A stretch of DNA of 63,806 nucleotides, counting the filler, from Octopus bimaculoides (taxonomy: Eukaryota), in NCBI RefSeq assembly GCF_001194135.2. It is 5 parts of 5 records of this genome, joined end to end, with 100 filler letters (N's around TTAATTAATTAA, not from the genome) between each part and the next. Parts side by side here need not be neighbours in the genome. Positions count along the whole stretch, not along the records: positions 42,517 to 62,334 come from NC_069000.1; positions 62,435 to 63,806 come from NW_026385187.1; 3 more parts are not named here. One strand, written 5' to 3'. The position numbers and the translations under genes were made by a program. The notes below the pieces were generated by a model. It was not told where the DNA came from. It ran no database searches and was given only the letters and a program-made list of their open reading frames with translations. This document shows positions 50,528 through 63,806 of this stretch, piece by piece (the stretch's first letter is position 1; each line of letters begins with the position of its first letter).

Positions 50528-51537
50528 NNNNNNNNNNNNNNNNNNNNNNNNNNNNNNNNNNNNNNNNNNNNNNNNNNNNNNNNNNNNNNNNNNNNNNNNN
50601 NNNNNNNNNNNNNNNNNNNNNNNNNNNNNNNNNNNNNNNNNNNNNNNNNNNNNNNNNNNNNNNNNNNNNNNNNNNNNNNNNNNNNNNNNNNNNNNNNNNN
50701 NNNNNNNNNNNNNNNNNNNNNNNNNNNNNNNNNNNNNNNNNNNNNNNNNNNNNNNNNNNNNNNNNNNNNNNNNNNNNNNNNNNNNNNNNNNNNNNNNNNN
50801 NNNNNNNNNNNNNNNNNNNNNNNNNNNNNNNNNNNNNNNNNNNNNNNNNNNNNNNNNNNNNNNNNNNNNNNNNNNNNNNNNNNNNNNNNNNNNNNNNNNN
50901 NNNNNNNNNNNNNNNNNNNNNNNNNNNNNNNNNNNNNNNNNNNNNNNNNNNNNNNNNNNNNNNNNNNNNNNNNNNNNNNNNNNNNNNNNNNNNNNNNNNN
51001 NNNNNNNNNNNNNNNNNNNNNNNNNNNNNNNNNNNNNNNNNNNNNNNNNNNNNNNNNNNNNNNNNNNNNNNNNNNNNNNNNNNNNNNNNNNNNNNNNNNN
51101 NNNNNNNNNNNNNNNNNNNNNNNNNNNNNNNNNNNNNNNNNNNNNNNNNNNNNNNNNNNNNNNNNNNNNNNNNNNNNNNNNNNNNNNNNNNNNNNNNNNN
51201 NNNNNNNNNNNNNNNNNNNNNNNNNNNNNNNNNNNNNNNNNNNNNNNNNNNNNNNNNNNNNNNNNNNNNNNNNNNNNNNNNNNNNNNNNNNNNNNNNNNN
51301 NNNNNNNNNNNNNNNNNNNNNNNNNNNNNNNNNNNNNNNNNNNNNNNNNNNNNNNNNNNNNNNNNNNNNNNNNNNNNNNNNNNNNNNNNNNNNNNNNNNN
51401 NNNNNNNNNNNNNNNNNNNNNNNNNNNNNNNNNNNNNNNNNNNNNNNNNNNNATATATATATATGTATGTATATATATATATATATATATATGCATATAT
51501 ATATATGTATGTATGTATATATATATATATGTATATG

Positions 51538-51568
<31 letters not shown>

Positions 51569-51569
51569 A

Positions 51570-51600
<31 letters not shown>

Positions 51601-51732
51601 TTTTTTTTCCTGAAGATGTGTAAAGGAATTTTGATTTATTAAGTCTCTTCTGAATTCTTTATACTGAAATATATATTGAAGAAGCTAAATATGTTCATTT
51701 AATATATACGTTTTGCGTCGTAACTCCCTTAT

Positions 51733-51880
51733 TATTCCGTCGAGGCCAATTTTGCCTGTCATCCTTTCAGAGTTGATAAAATAAGTACCGGTTATACATT
51801 GGGGGAGGGGGGAGTCGATGTAATCGACTATCGCCTACCCCAGATATTTCAGATTTTGTGCCTATAGTAGAAAGAGATAT
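51733..51880 (+). mobile_element. SINE family B fragment (further copies at 52774-52995 on +, 62151-62287 and 28700-28800 on -)
   Basis: TTTGCCT..CATCCTTTC...GATAAAATAAGTACC motif. Confidence 0.75.
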
Positions 51881-52225
51881 TTCTAAAATATATAACCTCT
51901 CTTCGCACCTATATTTCATGTACAAGCGTTAATACGTAAATCAGAAAATGATAAAGGACTAATGAGGGTATCACGTAGCTTATTACTTGATTCAGTCATT
52001 TGACCGCGGTCATACTGGGGCACGGCCTTGAACGGTCTAGTCGAACAAACCGACCCTAGTAATCTCTTGAGTTTTTTTTTTTGTTCTAAACCTTTTCTAT
52101 CGTTCTCTTTTTGCCAAGCCGCCAAGTTATGTGAACGTAAACAAACCAACACCAGTTGTCAATCGGTGATGGCGACAAACACGAACGCAAAGATAAAAAC
52201 ATACACACACATAACTACACCCGCG

Positions 52226-52268
<43 letters not shown>

Positions 52269-53578
52269 TATATATACACGACGGGCTTCTTTTAGTTTCC
52301 GTCCACAAAATCTACTGACGAGGCTTTGGTTGGCCCGAGTTTACATCAGAAGCCCAAGACGCCACTCAATGTAACTGAACCCGGAACTATGTGGTTTGGA
52401 AGCCAGCTTCTTACTGCACAGTCAACAAACGAAAGAAAGAATTGGCAATGAGGAGTGGAGAGAGGTGCAGATGCTGGTTGGTTGGTTGGTTGGGCTGTTG
52501 GTTGGTTTCAGAATTTTTTTTGTGAAGCAGATGTTGCTGACGAAAACCAAGCAGGAAAATAATGTTTTAATTACTGTACCATTAGTGAATCATTAGCGAA
52601 ATACTTAATTAGTTAAATTAAGCGTGCCAGAGGCTATATGGAGCTAGGATGTATTGCGCTACAAGGAATTTTTAAAAAAAGAAAAAAAAAAATGCAAGAT
52701 AATAAAATTTTTGCCGGAGTCTATCGAGGAATAATTGTTAGTAAAATGACAGCGTTAATTATATTATGGTATGAAGGCGGCGAGGAGGCAAAATTGTTAA
52801 CACGCCGGACAAAATGCTTTGCGGCATTTTTTTTTTTTTTTCGACTTTACGCGGTGCTTAAATTCCGCCGCTGTCGATTTTTGCCTTTCAATTTTTTGAC
52901 CTCGATAAAATGGATACCAGGTGAGCACCGATGTCGATCTAATCGATCTTCCACTCGCTTCGAAAATTGCTGACCTTGAGCCAAAATTAGAAAGAATTAT
53001 ATAGTAGTTGTTGATATTGTAATTATTGTTGTTTTTTAGCCCCGTGTTACTCTGAGCTATCTACGTATCGTGGGTAGAATGATTGTCTTACAGCGTGGCC
53101 CTTCTCCACTGCCATTTGCAATATCTCAACTTGTGATACGCTATTACTGATAAATGAACTGGGCATCTATGGTTTAATTACCCAGTCCATGGACAACGAA
53201 TTATGACGGTGACAAGATGCTTTAAAATTATCTAAATTTAACCTAACCTCACGATTTCATGTCAAGGCAAGTTGCAAACATTGGGTTTGTAATAACAAAA
53301 TTACTTTACTAAATTCGTCGTAACGCTCGAAATTGACTGAAACAAAAGCAATGATGATTCCACAGAAATATGGTAACGAAAGCGTCAAAGAAAAACAAGC
53401 TACAGAGGCGAGATGAAGAATAAAGATATATGAAATACAATAGTATCAGTTAATATGAAAGCAAAGATAACAATAAGATAAATATAACGTTGGTAGTAAG
53501 ATAAAGAAAACATTGAGGAGAGAAGGCATCAGTTTCATAAACATTATACTTTCGTATACTCATTAATGCACACACGCA

Positions 53579-53621
<43 letters not shown>

Positions 53622-53913
53622 ATATTATGTATGTATGTACTTGTATATATCAAATAAGAACAAATCTATTTTTGTCATCTGACTTCTATTGTCAGAAAAG
53701 CAACATGGCGTACTTATAAAATGGCTGTTACCCTATATTTTCTATCGGGCTATACTCGGATAAATATTATTCGCTCCTTTAAAGTATGTCAAACGCATTC
53801 GGCAAGGTTGTTTATCGATATATTGATACATACACACGTATAAATACATACATATGTGTATGTTCATATACATACATAATGACAACGATATATAATACAT
53901 ATATTATATATAT

Positions 53914-53952
<39 letters not shown>

Positions 53953-53954
53953 GT

Positions 53955-54125
53955 GAGAATTTACGAAAAACAAAAGACGAAGTCGGGTGTGTAAACAACA
54001 AACAGATGTATTAGTTTAACGCTCGGGAAGTGAAAAAGTCTTTAACGTTTCGAGCCTACGCTCTTCGACAGAAAGGAACACACAAATAAACAGGGAGAGA
54101 AAATAAAAAAGGTTTAGTGACTACC
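53955..54125 (-). mobile_element. Probable PLE terminal-repeat relic containing a hammerhead-like motif at 54039-54075
   Basis: On -: CUUU-CUGUCGA-A-GAG(CGUAGG)CUC-GAAA-CG-UU-AAAG. Confidence 0.5.
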
Positions 54126-54204
54126 GATATACTCTTATACTCTTTTACTTGTTTCAGTCATTTGACTGTGGCCATACTGGAGCGCATGTACATATACACA
54201 CATA

Positions 54205-54366
54205 TCGTATTTTAACGTGTATAAGGAACCCTTTTTTGTCAAAAATTAGGTTAAAAAGATATGGGAGTTTCTTACACATGAAAAATATTGTAATGCTTTG
54301 CAAAAGCTTTTTTCCAAATTTTAAGCCCCCAAAATAAGGGGGTTCATTATACACGTTAAAATACGG
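54205..54366. mobile_element. 162-bp Tc1/mariner-superfamily MITE (Tc2-like CCGTATTTT termini)
   Basis: 27-bp TIRs with 2 mismatches, and TA on both flanks. Confidence 0.82.
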
Positions 54367-54627
54367 TAATTTTTTATCAAGGGAAATAGTTTTAATATAT
54401 TTAATCCTTTGTAACTTGTGTAATTTTTTTCTTCTTGGTAGAAGTTTGATTCTTTCCTATATTCCGACAGCAATTCAATTGGCCTTATATTTCAATATTC
54501 ACCATCTGATGAAATGATCGGTTGTATTGACCGTAGATTATTGAACCGTACGTAATGAAATATCCGAAATATCAATATGATATTTGTATGTATTCATGTA
54601 TGTATGTATGTATGTATGTATGCATGC

Positions 54628-54696
<69 letters not shown>

Positions 54697-54840
54697 NNNN
54701 NNNNNNNNNNNNNNNNNNNNNNNNNNNNNNNNNNNNNNATATATATATATATATATAAAATATAATCATGTGTATATGTGTGTGTACATATAAGCATATA
54801 TACACATAACTCCATACACACACACACATATATATATATG

Positions 54841-54872
<32 letters not shown>

Positions 54873-55799
54873 TGTATGCACACATGCATGCGCATGTGTT
54901 TGTGTGTCAGAGTGAGTGAACGGTTGTTTAATTGCGCAAAGTAAACCAATTAGAATATTTGGCTATTAGGTTAAACATCATCGTGCATTCATCTTGAATG
55001 TCAGATATACACTTCTGGCAGGTTTTTCCTGAATCCTCTTAGATATAAATATCTAGTTAAGTTCCTTTCATAATGTAGTTAACATTTACCTGGTATTACT
55101 AATTATGCGTTTAATAAAACACATACCTGCACACATATATATAATTAGAAGAGGTGTTTTAATTAAAATTTATTTATTATATGAAAATGAGATGAACATT
55201 TTGCAAGGAAGTTTTCGTATTGTGGTTTAAGTGCTTTTACTATTTAGTTCTTCGAGCACACGTGTTATGGGGGGAGGGTCTATCCATGTGCAGGACTTTT
55301 ATTTTTTTAAGTTTGTCGTATATTTAGTAAGTTTTAATTAAATACTTTCTTCACATATTGTGCCTGTATCAAGGACTTTTTTGTAAACAATCATTTTAAT
55401 ATATACTTACATACATACACACATACACAAACGTATATGTATGTATGTATGTATGTATTATTCAATATGGTTTCATTTGCATGATATTTAAACAGTATTC
55501 AGAGCTCTCTCTCACGAATACAAAAATATAGGTCTCGTGCAACGAGGAAATTACTGTAAAATATCCATTGTAAGACTACAAAAATATCTCGTACAAAATA
55601 ATAGAAAACTAATATAAGTAGCGACAAAATACAAAGAAAATACACAGAGAAGATAACTACTTTCTGTTTTTGTTGATATCCACAAATTCAAAGACGAGAC
55701 TCAAATGAAAGACAGTTGTTATGAAAGGAAAAGAAAATGAGGTATATTGTGAAAAATGAGGTTACAAACGCCATGATAGAACGACAGCAAGAGAACTTC

Positions 55800-56830
55800 T
55801 ATGTGGTCAGTACATGAAGCAGCTGAAGAGGCTGGAAGTATACAAATAAAATTCTAGGTGAGAAACTTGGAATTCCAGGCTTAGACAGGACTCTTAATTG
55901 CAACACAAGATCAAAGGCTTCCCACAAGAAACCACCTAAAACGGATATGGGAACAAAATACAATAAAATACTGATGAGAAAGAAACAATTAACTACATTG
56001 TCCAGTCTCAGCCAGGAAAAAAGATACATACATTTACAAGTATGGCAGAATTGTGGTTGTTATCCAAAGGAAACTAAACCATACCGGTATGACGAGATAC
56101 CAACAGAAAAGGGGTAGTATTGGTTTCCCTCAGAAAAGGTCTCGGGAGAATGATAAATGGACCATATCTTGGGATATATCAGATACTAACAGAAAGATCA
56201 GGCATAATTAACCAGATATTATTATCGAGGATCGCCAGGAAAGATAGGGTGCCTAATCTAAGTATCGATCGCAACAGAAGATAATATATCTCTCTATGTG
56301 TGTTTATGAAGCTCGATTTTGCGACATGAGGTCCCTTGGACAAGTTCTTCTACTTTAGCCCCGGGTTGACCAATGCTTTAAGAGAGAATTTGATACATGG
56401 AAATTGTGTGGAAGCCTGTCGAATATATATGCATATATGCATGTGTGTGTCATTGTATTTGAGCTTGTGTTTGTTTCACGTCACCGCTCGAAAACTAGCA
56501 AAGCAGAATAAGTATCAGATTTTTTTATAAAATAAGTATTGGGGATCGATTTGTTCGATTCAAACCGTTTAAGGTGGTGCCCCAGCTTGACCGCAGTCAG
56601 ACCAAGGATTGTAACAGGTAAAAGATAATAAAAGATCTGGAAATAGAGATAACTCAAAAGACAGAAGCAAACCCCTTTAATAGCAGGTGCTTTGGGAGTT
56701 GTCAAGACACATGTTGAGAAATATGTAATCAAAACCTAAGACCTTACAAATATGCCCAACACACAGAAAATAGATCTGCTTAGTGCTGCACATATGTTGG
56801 GTAGAGTACATTCATTATAAGAGAAACAAC
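55800..56830 (+). pseudogene. Heavily degraded R4/Dong-like 3' half interrupted by SINE-like sequence (about 56320-56610)
   Basis: LLIATQDQRLPTRNHL, IRHN*PDIIIEDR, KDLEIEITQ, LIAGALGVVK and TQKIDLLSAAHML. Confidence 0.6.
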
Positions 56831-56878
56831 AAAAATTAAAACAAAACCAAAAAAAACACTTCACATACCGAAGACACA

Positions 56879-56920
<42 letters not shown>

Positions 56921-58672
56921 CCTTTCTTTATTGACTTAACGAAAAGAAGACGAACGAAAGAGTAGGAGGACGAAGAAGAAGAAGAAGAAGAAGAAGAAGA
57001 AGAAGATAAGGTTATGCAAAACAAACAAAAGCATGTGTTTCTAAAAGCGAAACGGCGTCAAAAGGTCGCTAATTGTCGTCTCTTCCGCGAAACACGACAC
57101 CCAACACGGAGGAAAGAACGAAAGTACGACCATAAAACTGTTTAATAAGAATGTCTAGAGTAATTTCAAAACACATACACACACGCATGCATACATATCT
57201 ATAAACACTGTTTGTGTATGTGTGTGTGTATGGACGTGCCTGTACAAAGTCCTGATCTTAAACTGTACAAAGTCCTGATCTTAAACTGTTATATATATAT
57301 ATGATTTTACTAAGATTTAGAGTACAGGAAGTACCTGTGCGGATGGATAATTTTCAATGGGTGTAGCTTGCACTGCACTACCCCCACCTATTGGCCCAAG
57401 AGGACTTTCACCGGTGTGACATAATTGACAAAACCAGGAACTTCCAAGGCCTCAGGTTTTATTTCGGAGATTTCCTTCTCTTAGGTAGATTAAAGGTTAA
57501 AGCGCTTCTACCTGCCCATGAGGTAAGCTATCCCATTCCAGACACCAAACCGACACTCAGACATTCTATAAAGGGATCAAATGTCACTCCGGTGACCGGT
57601 GCGGAGTAGCTCATTCATAAAAGAGAAAAAAAAAAAGAAAAGAAAGGTATGATATTCTTATGTGCTTAAATGTACACTGTATTTATATGAATAATATGTA
57701 GTCTATTGACTAATATTTCTACACGCTAGGCCACTGGTAGTAGAAATTTCTAAAATGTTTTCTTACCCTGATATTATTAATTATTAATANNNNNNNNNNN
57801 NNNNNNNNNNNNNNNNNNNNNNNNNNNNNNNNNNNNNNNNNNNNNNNNNNNNNNNNNNNNNNNNNNNNNNNNNNNNNNNNNNNNNNNNNNNNNNNNNNNN
57901 NNNNNNNNNNNNNNNNNNNNNNNNNNNNNNNNNNNNNNNNNNNNNNNNNNNNNNNNNNNNNNNNNNNNNNNNNNNNNNNNNNNNNNNNNNNNNNNNNNNN
58001 NNNNNNNNNNNNNNNNNNNNNNNNNNNNNNNNNNNNNNNNNNNNNNNNNNNNNNNNNNNNNNNNNNNNNNNNNNNNNNNNNNNNNNNNNNNNNNNNNNNN
58101 NNNNNNNNNNNNNNNNNNNNNNNNNNNNNNNNNNNNNNNNNNNNNNNNNNNNNNNNNNNNNNNNNNNNNNNNNNNNNNNNNNNNNNNNNNNNNNNNNNNN
58201 NNNNNNNNNNNNNNNNNNNNNNNNNNNNNNNNNNNNNNNNNNNNNNNNNNNNNNNNNNNNNNNNNNNNNNNNNNNNNNNNNNNNNNNNNNNNNNNNNNNN
58301 NNNNNNNNNNNNNNNNNNNNNNNNNNNNNNNNNNNNNNNNNNNNNNNNNNNNNNNNNNNNNNNNNNNNNNNNNNNNNNNNNNNNNNNNNNNNNNNNNNNN
58401 NNNNNNNNNNNNNNNNNNNNNNNNNNNNNNNNNNNNNNNNNNNNNNNNNNNNNNNNNNNNNNNNNNNNNNNNNNNNNNNNNNNNNNNNNNNNNNNNNNNN
58501 NNNNNNNNNNNNNNNNNNNNNNNNNNNNNNNNNNNNNNNNNNNNNNNNNNNNNNNNNNNNNNNNNNNNNNNNNNNNNNNNNNNNNNNNNNNNNNNNNNNN
58601 NNNNNNNNNNNNNNNNNNNNNNNNNNNNNNNNNNNNNNNNNNNNNNNNNNNNNNNNNNNNNNNNNNNNNNNG

Positions 58673-58736
<64 letters not shown>

Positions 58737-59215
58737 GTTCATGGTGATAGGCTGAAGTTTTCTGTCACAGTTACAGTGAAGAATATGACGACGGGAATAT
58801 GTCAAGTAGGGGAAGGTATCTAGTTATTCAGCACTCATCTGGACGTGTATTAAACATGTAAAACAATGGACTGTATTACCTCAGTTATCTGAGATTATTC
58901 ATGAAATTAACAGACCATAGCTCCCCCTAGTGGTGTTTGAAATCTGAAAACAGCAAGCAAATGAGTTAATTCCAGTAAAGCCATATGGATTCGTATTAAG
59001 TTTTTGTTTCATTTTCGTATTCCTTGGCTTTAAATTCAAATTTCTAATCTCCTCACGCCCTAAGTGGATAATTACCTCCTTTTGTATTCAGAGAGAACCT
59101 CGCATACTTCTAATGATAAAGCCGTGGTTTCGATTCCTGCTCTGAGCGGCGTGTAGTGTCCTAGAGTAATGCAAACCATTACATACTGTTGCTATGTAAA
59201 TGCAATCTCTCTTAG

Positions 59216-59309
<94 letters not shown>

Positions 59310-59481
59310 TCTCTCTCTCTCCATCTATCACATCTTTGATATTTCATCGGGTCAAGCATTGAAATGCCGAGTGTATGTCTATGCCTGTTTACAACTACAT
59401 AAGCATCTGAAACAATTGGTGAAGCGTGGTACAATTCACCGTTTTCTAGTGATGGATACATATATATATATATATTTATAT

Positions 59482-59534
<53 letters not shown>

Positions 59535-60175
59535 CTGGTAGTGGATCTGGTCTTTAACCCAACTTGATAAATAGAAAGGCCATTATTCGGTCTTATTAAA
59601 CTCCTCAGGGTACTATGTCTTCCTCAGTTGGTAAAGCTAACAGATGTTGCGATGTGACTTTACTATTGGCTACGCTCTAGTTCAGTTAATATATTTACGT
59701 GGGACAATGTAATACCACGCCCTTCGTTAATTAAATGGTTTTTTAAAGCCTAAGCCTGTCCTACAAATGGATATCCAATGATTTGGTTAACTGAACTTTA
59801 TAAACAACAAGAAAAATCAATGAAATAAAAAACACAAGCCTACGTTGACTGTATCAACGTGGTCGTTCAGACTTGCTAGAAATAGCTGTCACATCTCCCT
59901 CAGATTATCTTACCTTATTGTCTTGAAGATGACAGGCATATTGGAAATTGTCTAAGTATAAAAGAAAAGGATAGGGTAGTGATGGTTGCAACATCTTCTT
60001 TTATAAACCTACTCCTTTAGGAGTTTCTTAGACCAGTATGGTTCAGTGGTTAAGGAGACAGGACGTCTTCGTAGTATCGAAGACGCGAATTCAAACCAAG
60101 GGTGTGGCATCACATGGCTTGGGATTGATGCGAGCCTTACATTAAAATGCATACATACATACATACATACATACA

Positions 60176-60225
<50 letters not shown>

Positions 60226-60916
60226 CATATATGACTGAAACAGGTAAAAGATAACAGAAAGAAGGTAGTGTAATATGTACGAATTTATATGAGTATCAAT
60301 GGATTGCACAACAAAATTAGGATTACATGATGGATTATATGAAGCTTCTCTGAGACAGAGATAGCAGGGTTTTGATCCGTTCTTAAATATATGTGCGTTA
60401 TCTAATACGCACACTTGCTGCCAATGAAGTTCAAGCAATCAGGAATTTGGATTTTAGAACAAGCATCAGCTTTAATTTGAGGTGTACGATACATCAGTCA
60501 TATTTATTCTTTGACATTTTAAAACACTATTTGTATTTGGAGGGTACTTTGATATTTTATGCATGTAACTCAATAAATGCCATCAAAATATAAATAGGCT
60601 ACGAGCTAAACATTGGTCAGTTTCAAACAGACCGATCTCTTTTTCTAAAGTGCCCCAAAGACAAGGTCGGGCGTATTAAACTGAATGGATAATGAAATGT
60701 AGTTTGTATGTCTACATTCTTTTATCTCCCAATATATTTGGATAGTGTTGTAATATTTTCTGGGTGTTTTCAATATACAGATGACCTTAGACAAACATAT
60801 ACATGTATACTTGTACAACACAAAATACACTCCACATACTTCTAATATAGGAGTGCCTTAATTGCTTTTTTATCCTACTACGAAAAATCAAACATACCGA
60901 CATATATATTATATAT

Positions 60917-60953
<37 letters not shown>

Positions 60954-62288
60954 NNNNNNNNNNNNNNNNNNNNNNNNNNNNNNNNNNNNNNNNNNNNNNN
61001 NNNNNNNNNNNNNNNNNNNNNNNNNNNNNNNNNNNNNNNNNNNNNNNNNNNNNNNNNNNNNNNNNNNNNNNNNNNNNNNNNNNNNNNNNNNNNNNNNNNN
61101 NNNNNNNNNNNNNNNNNNNNNNNNNNNNNNNNNNNNNNNNNNNNNNNNNNNNNNNNNNNNNNNNNNNNNNNNNNNNNNNNNNNNNNNNNNNNNNNNNNNN
61201 NNNNNNNNNNNNNNNNNNNNNNNNNNNNNNNNNNNNNNNNNNNNNNNNNNNNNNNNNNNNNNNNNNNNNNNNNNNNNNNNNNNNNNNNNNNNNNNNNNNN
61301 NNNNNNNNNNNNNNNNNNNNNNNNNNNNNNNNNNNNNNNNNNNNNNNNNNNNNNNNNNNNNNNNNNNNNNNNNNNNNNNNNNNNATATATATATATATAC
61401 ATACATGAATATAAACATATACACCCTCACATATACACATGGACAAGTGTAATGTGTGTGTGTGTGTGTGTACAATTACACACATTCGCTTCTACCTTAC
61501 ATATACGATGATGATCTAGTTCTTACGTTGTTAATGTTTCTGCTACTGTTGTTGTTGTTATAATTATTGTTGCAGATTTTTCCCGCTGTTTGAAGTTGTA
61601 GTTGTTGCCCTTTTTACGTTTTGTTACAGCTTCATACAATACAAATATGAACAAAAACGTATAAACAGGCGCAGGTATATACCATGTCCACTTCGTTAAG
61701 AAATTCCTTTTGCAAGGTAGAGTTTTGGGTTCAGCCCTACCTTGCGGCACATTGAGCTAATTGACCAGTACATCTTGAATAGAATTCGGTGTGACTGGAA
61801 TTTTGTACAAACCCATTGTATGCGTATGTGTATCTACCTATCTATCTGTCTATCTATCCATCTATCTATCTATCTATCTTTATCTGTCTGTCTCTCTATC
61901 TATCTAACTATTTATCTGTCTGTCTATCTATCTATCTAGTTATTTATCTATCTAGCTGTCTATCCATTTATATATCTATTTATCGACAGAGAGAGAGAGA
62001 GAGAGACAGAGAGGGAAAGACATAGATATATAGATAGATAGATAGATAGATAGATAGGCAGACAGACAGATAGATAGACAGGCAGACAGATAGATAGATA
62101 GATAGATAGATAGACAGACAGGCAGATAGATACATATACACATACATACATACTTAATTTATCGACCCTAAAAGGATTGACGACAAAAGTCGACGTCGGC
62201 GGAGTATTGAACTCAGAACGAAGCGACGGGCAAAATACCGCTCAGCATTCCGTCCAGCGCACGAACGATTCTGCCAGCTCGCCGCCCC

Positions 62289-62334
<46 letters not shown>

Positions 62335-62434
62335 NNNNNNNNNNNNNNNNNNNNNNNNNNNNNNNNNNNNNNNNNNNNTTAATTAATTAANNNNNNNNNN
62401 NNNNNNNNNNNNNNNNNNNNNNNNNNNNNNNNNN

Positions 62435-62710
62435 CGTCGTATTGTCTCTAATGTCATTTAGTCTTTCCGCAATGCTCCTAGAAGTTTCTCCTAAATATGT
62501 AATATTCATGTCATTACAAGCACCTCCGATACACCTTATGCTGTTTCTAGTTCTACAGTTAATGCCTGGGTTAATTTTACATGCCATGCAGTTATCATTG
62601 GTGCATATGCTATTCACAAAGGGGTATGTCGTATATAGTTGTGAGCTGATGGAGTACCCTGGTTTTTCAAAGATCTTTATGTTGCCTTTGGTACCCATAC
62701 CCACAATTTA
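62435..62710 (-). pseudogene. Second Penelope-family GIY-YIG endonuclease fragment, next to a scaffold join
   Basis: CTNDNCMAC...NCRTRN...TYLGETSRSIAERL. Confidence 0.72.
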
Positions 62711-63507
62711 TGTTAATATACAGGTAGAATAGTTAGTGGGATGTTACGGAGATGTATGTATGTGTGTGTATATGTATATGTATGTGCACATGTATGTAGA
62801 TAAATGGGTATGGATATAAACAGACAGACATACTGGTGGATAGGTACGAGGTAATATGAACAGAAAAGCACACATACATACGCAAATGAAGACTGAAACA
62901 TGTGACCATATACACATACACTTCACTCAAGGACACATATGGAGACACACATCCGCACATACATACACAGTACATAGTCACAAAATCCCGTTCACAGACG
63001 TACTCAGACATACACATACAAGGAGGCAGAGGTACACGCACACGCAAATGCAAACACAGATAAAACACACAAACACGAACACAGAAACACATGAATATGC
63101 AGAATGCCGACATACAAACGTACACACATACATACATATGTACATACGCACACACACATCCATGTATATACATAAATACATGCATATACACTCATAAATA
63201 CATGCATACATGTCTATGCGTGCACATACATGCGCACAAACAAACAAAAAGAGCGCATCTCAGATAACAGACAGAGTCAGCGACTATTGAATAGGCTGCA
63301 AGACGTAACTAAAAGTAGAGGAAGATTAAATGCGTATATGAGTGGAAACTTTACCGGTGAGTGTCTTAAATAATAAAGTACTAAAGAGAATGCCTCTCCC
63401 CAGACACAACAAAATATGTTTTAACATACGAACTCGTATATAGAATCTTACAAACCAAATCCAAAACGAACTAAAATAATATCTCATATGACTTAGTAGT
63501 AAAGGGC

Positions 63508-63580
63508 GGGCTTATGGTGTGGTGGTTAAGAGCGTGGGCTACTAACTCCAAGATTCTGAGTTTGATTCCAAGCAGTGACC

Positions 63581-63629
<49 letters not shown>

Positions 63630-63806
63630 TAATAATAACAATATTAATAATATTAATAACAATAATAATAATTATTATTAATATAATTATAACATCGAAA
63701 AATACCTTAGGAATGAGAAGCCAAGTTCGAAATTTCCCCCAAGACACCTGATAAATGCTGGAGAGTATATCAGCCGAAACTTTGTGTTAACAACAAACAA
63801 GATGAG
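63508..63806 (+). mobile_element. Solo copy of the tRNA-head / (AAT)n / hammerhead unit (runs off the window end)
   Basis: Colinear with the reverse complement of 19230-19437; no PLE ORF upstream; hammerhead motif at 63743-63788. Confidence 0.9.

Noticed and set aside
44013-51642. ORFs of 200-425 aa spanning N runs (also at 18, 22, 57 and 61 kb)
   Set aside because: They are open only because N codons are not stops.
55972-55992. CTGATGAGAAAGAAAC hammerhead-like word
   Set aside because: No stem II or stem I; it lies within degraded R4-like coding sequence.
57240-57288. 23-bp tandem duplication; also a diverged ~145-bp duplication at 48478-48730
   Set aside because: Ordinary local duplications with no further structure.

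Overview
Repeat-dominated, AT-rich eukaryotic DNA with many N gaps. The SINE, LINE and microsatellite landscape looks like an Octopus (cephalopod) genome; this is inferred from repeat recognition only. I find no supportable host gene, rRNA, true tRNA or CRISPR array, and almost every listed ORF is a microsatellite or N-gap artefact. Recognisable content: (i) a decayed, internally deleted Ty3/Gypsy element with both LTRs, PBS and PPT (8913-12458); (ii) about 11 fragments from several R4/Dong-like non-LTR families (RT, CCHC and restriction-like endonuclease), mostly stacked in one orientation inside (TAA)n tracts together with a ~560-bp non-coding element that has a fixed 5' end; (iii) Penelope-like elements (PLEs); (iv) L1/Tx1, RTE, mariner, Tc2-like and TTAA-flanked MITE relics; (v) many copies of two tRNA-type SINEs. 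The strongest lead is a Penelope terminal repeat built as tRNA-like Pol III head + (AAT)n + minimal hammerhead ribozyme. It occurs once attached to an RT/GIY-YIG ORF (19.2-20.5 kb) and once as a solo unit starting at the tRNA head (63.5 kb). Four further decayed hammerhead-like cores in other sequence contexts occur at 42.2, 42.4, 54.0 and 54.5 kb. Four 100-bp gaps with a TTAATTAATTAA linker mark artificial scaffold joins, so adjacency across them is unproven. All alignments, folds and translations were done by eye.
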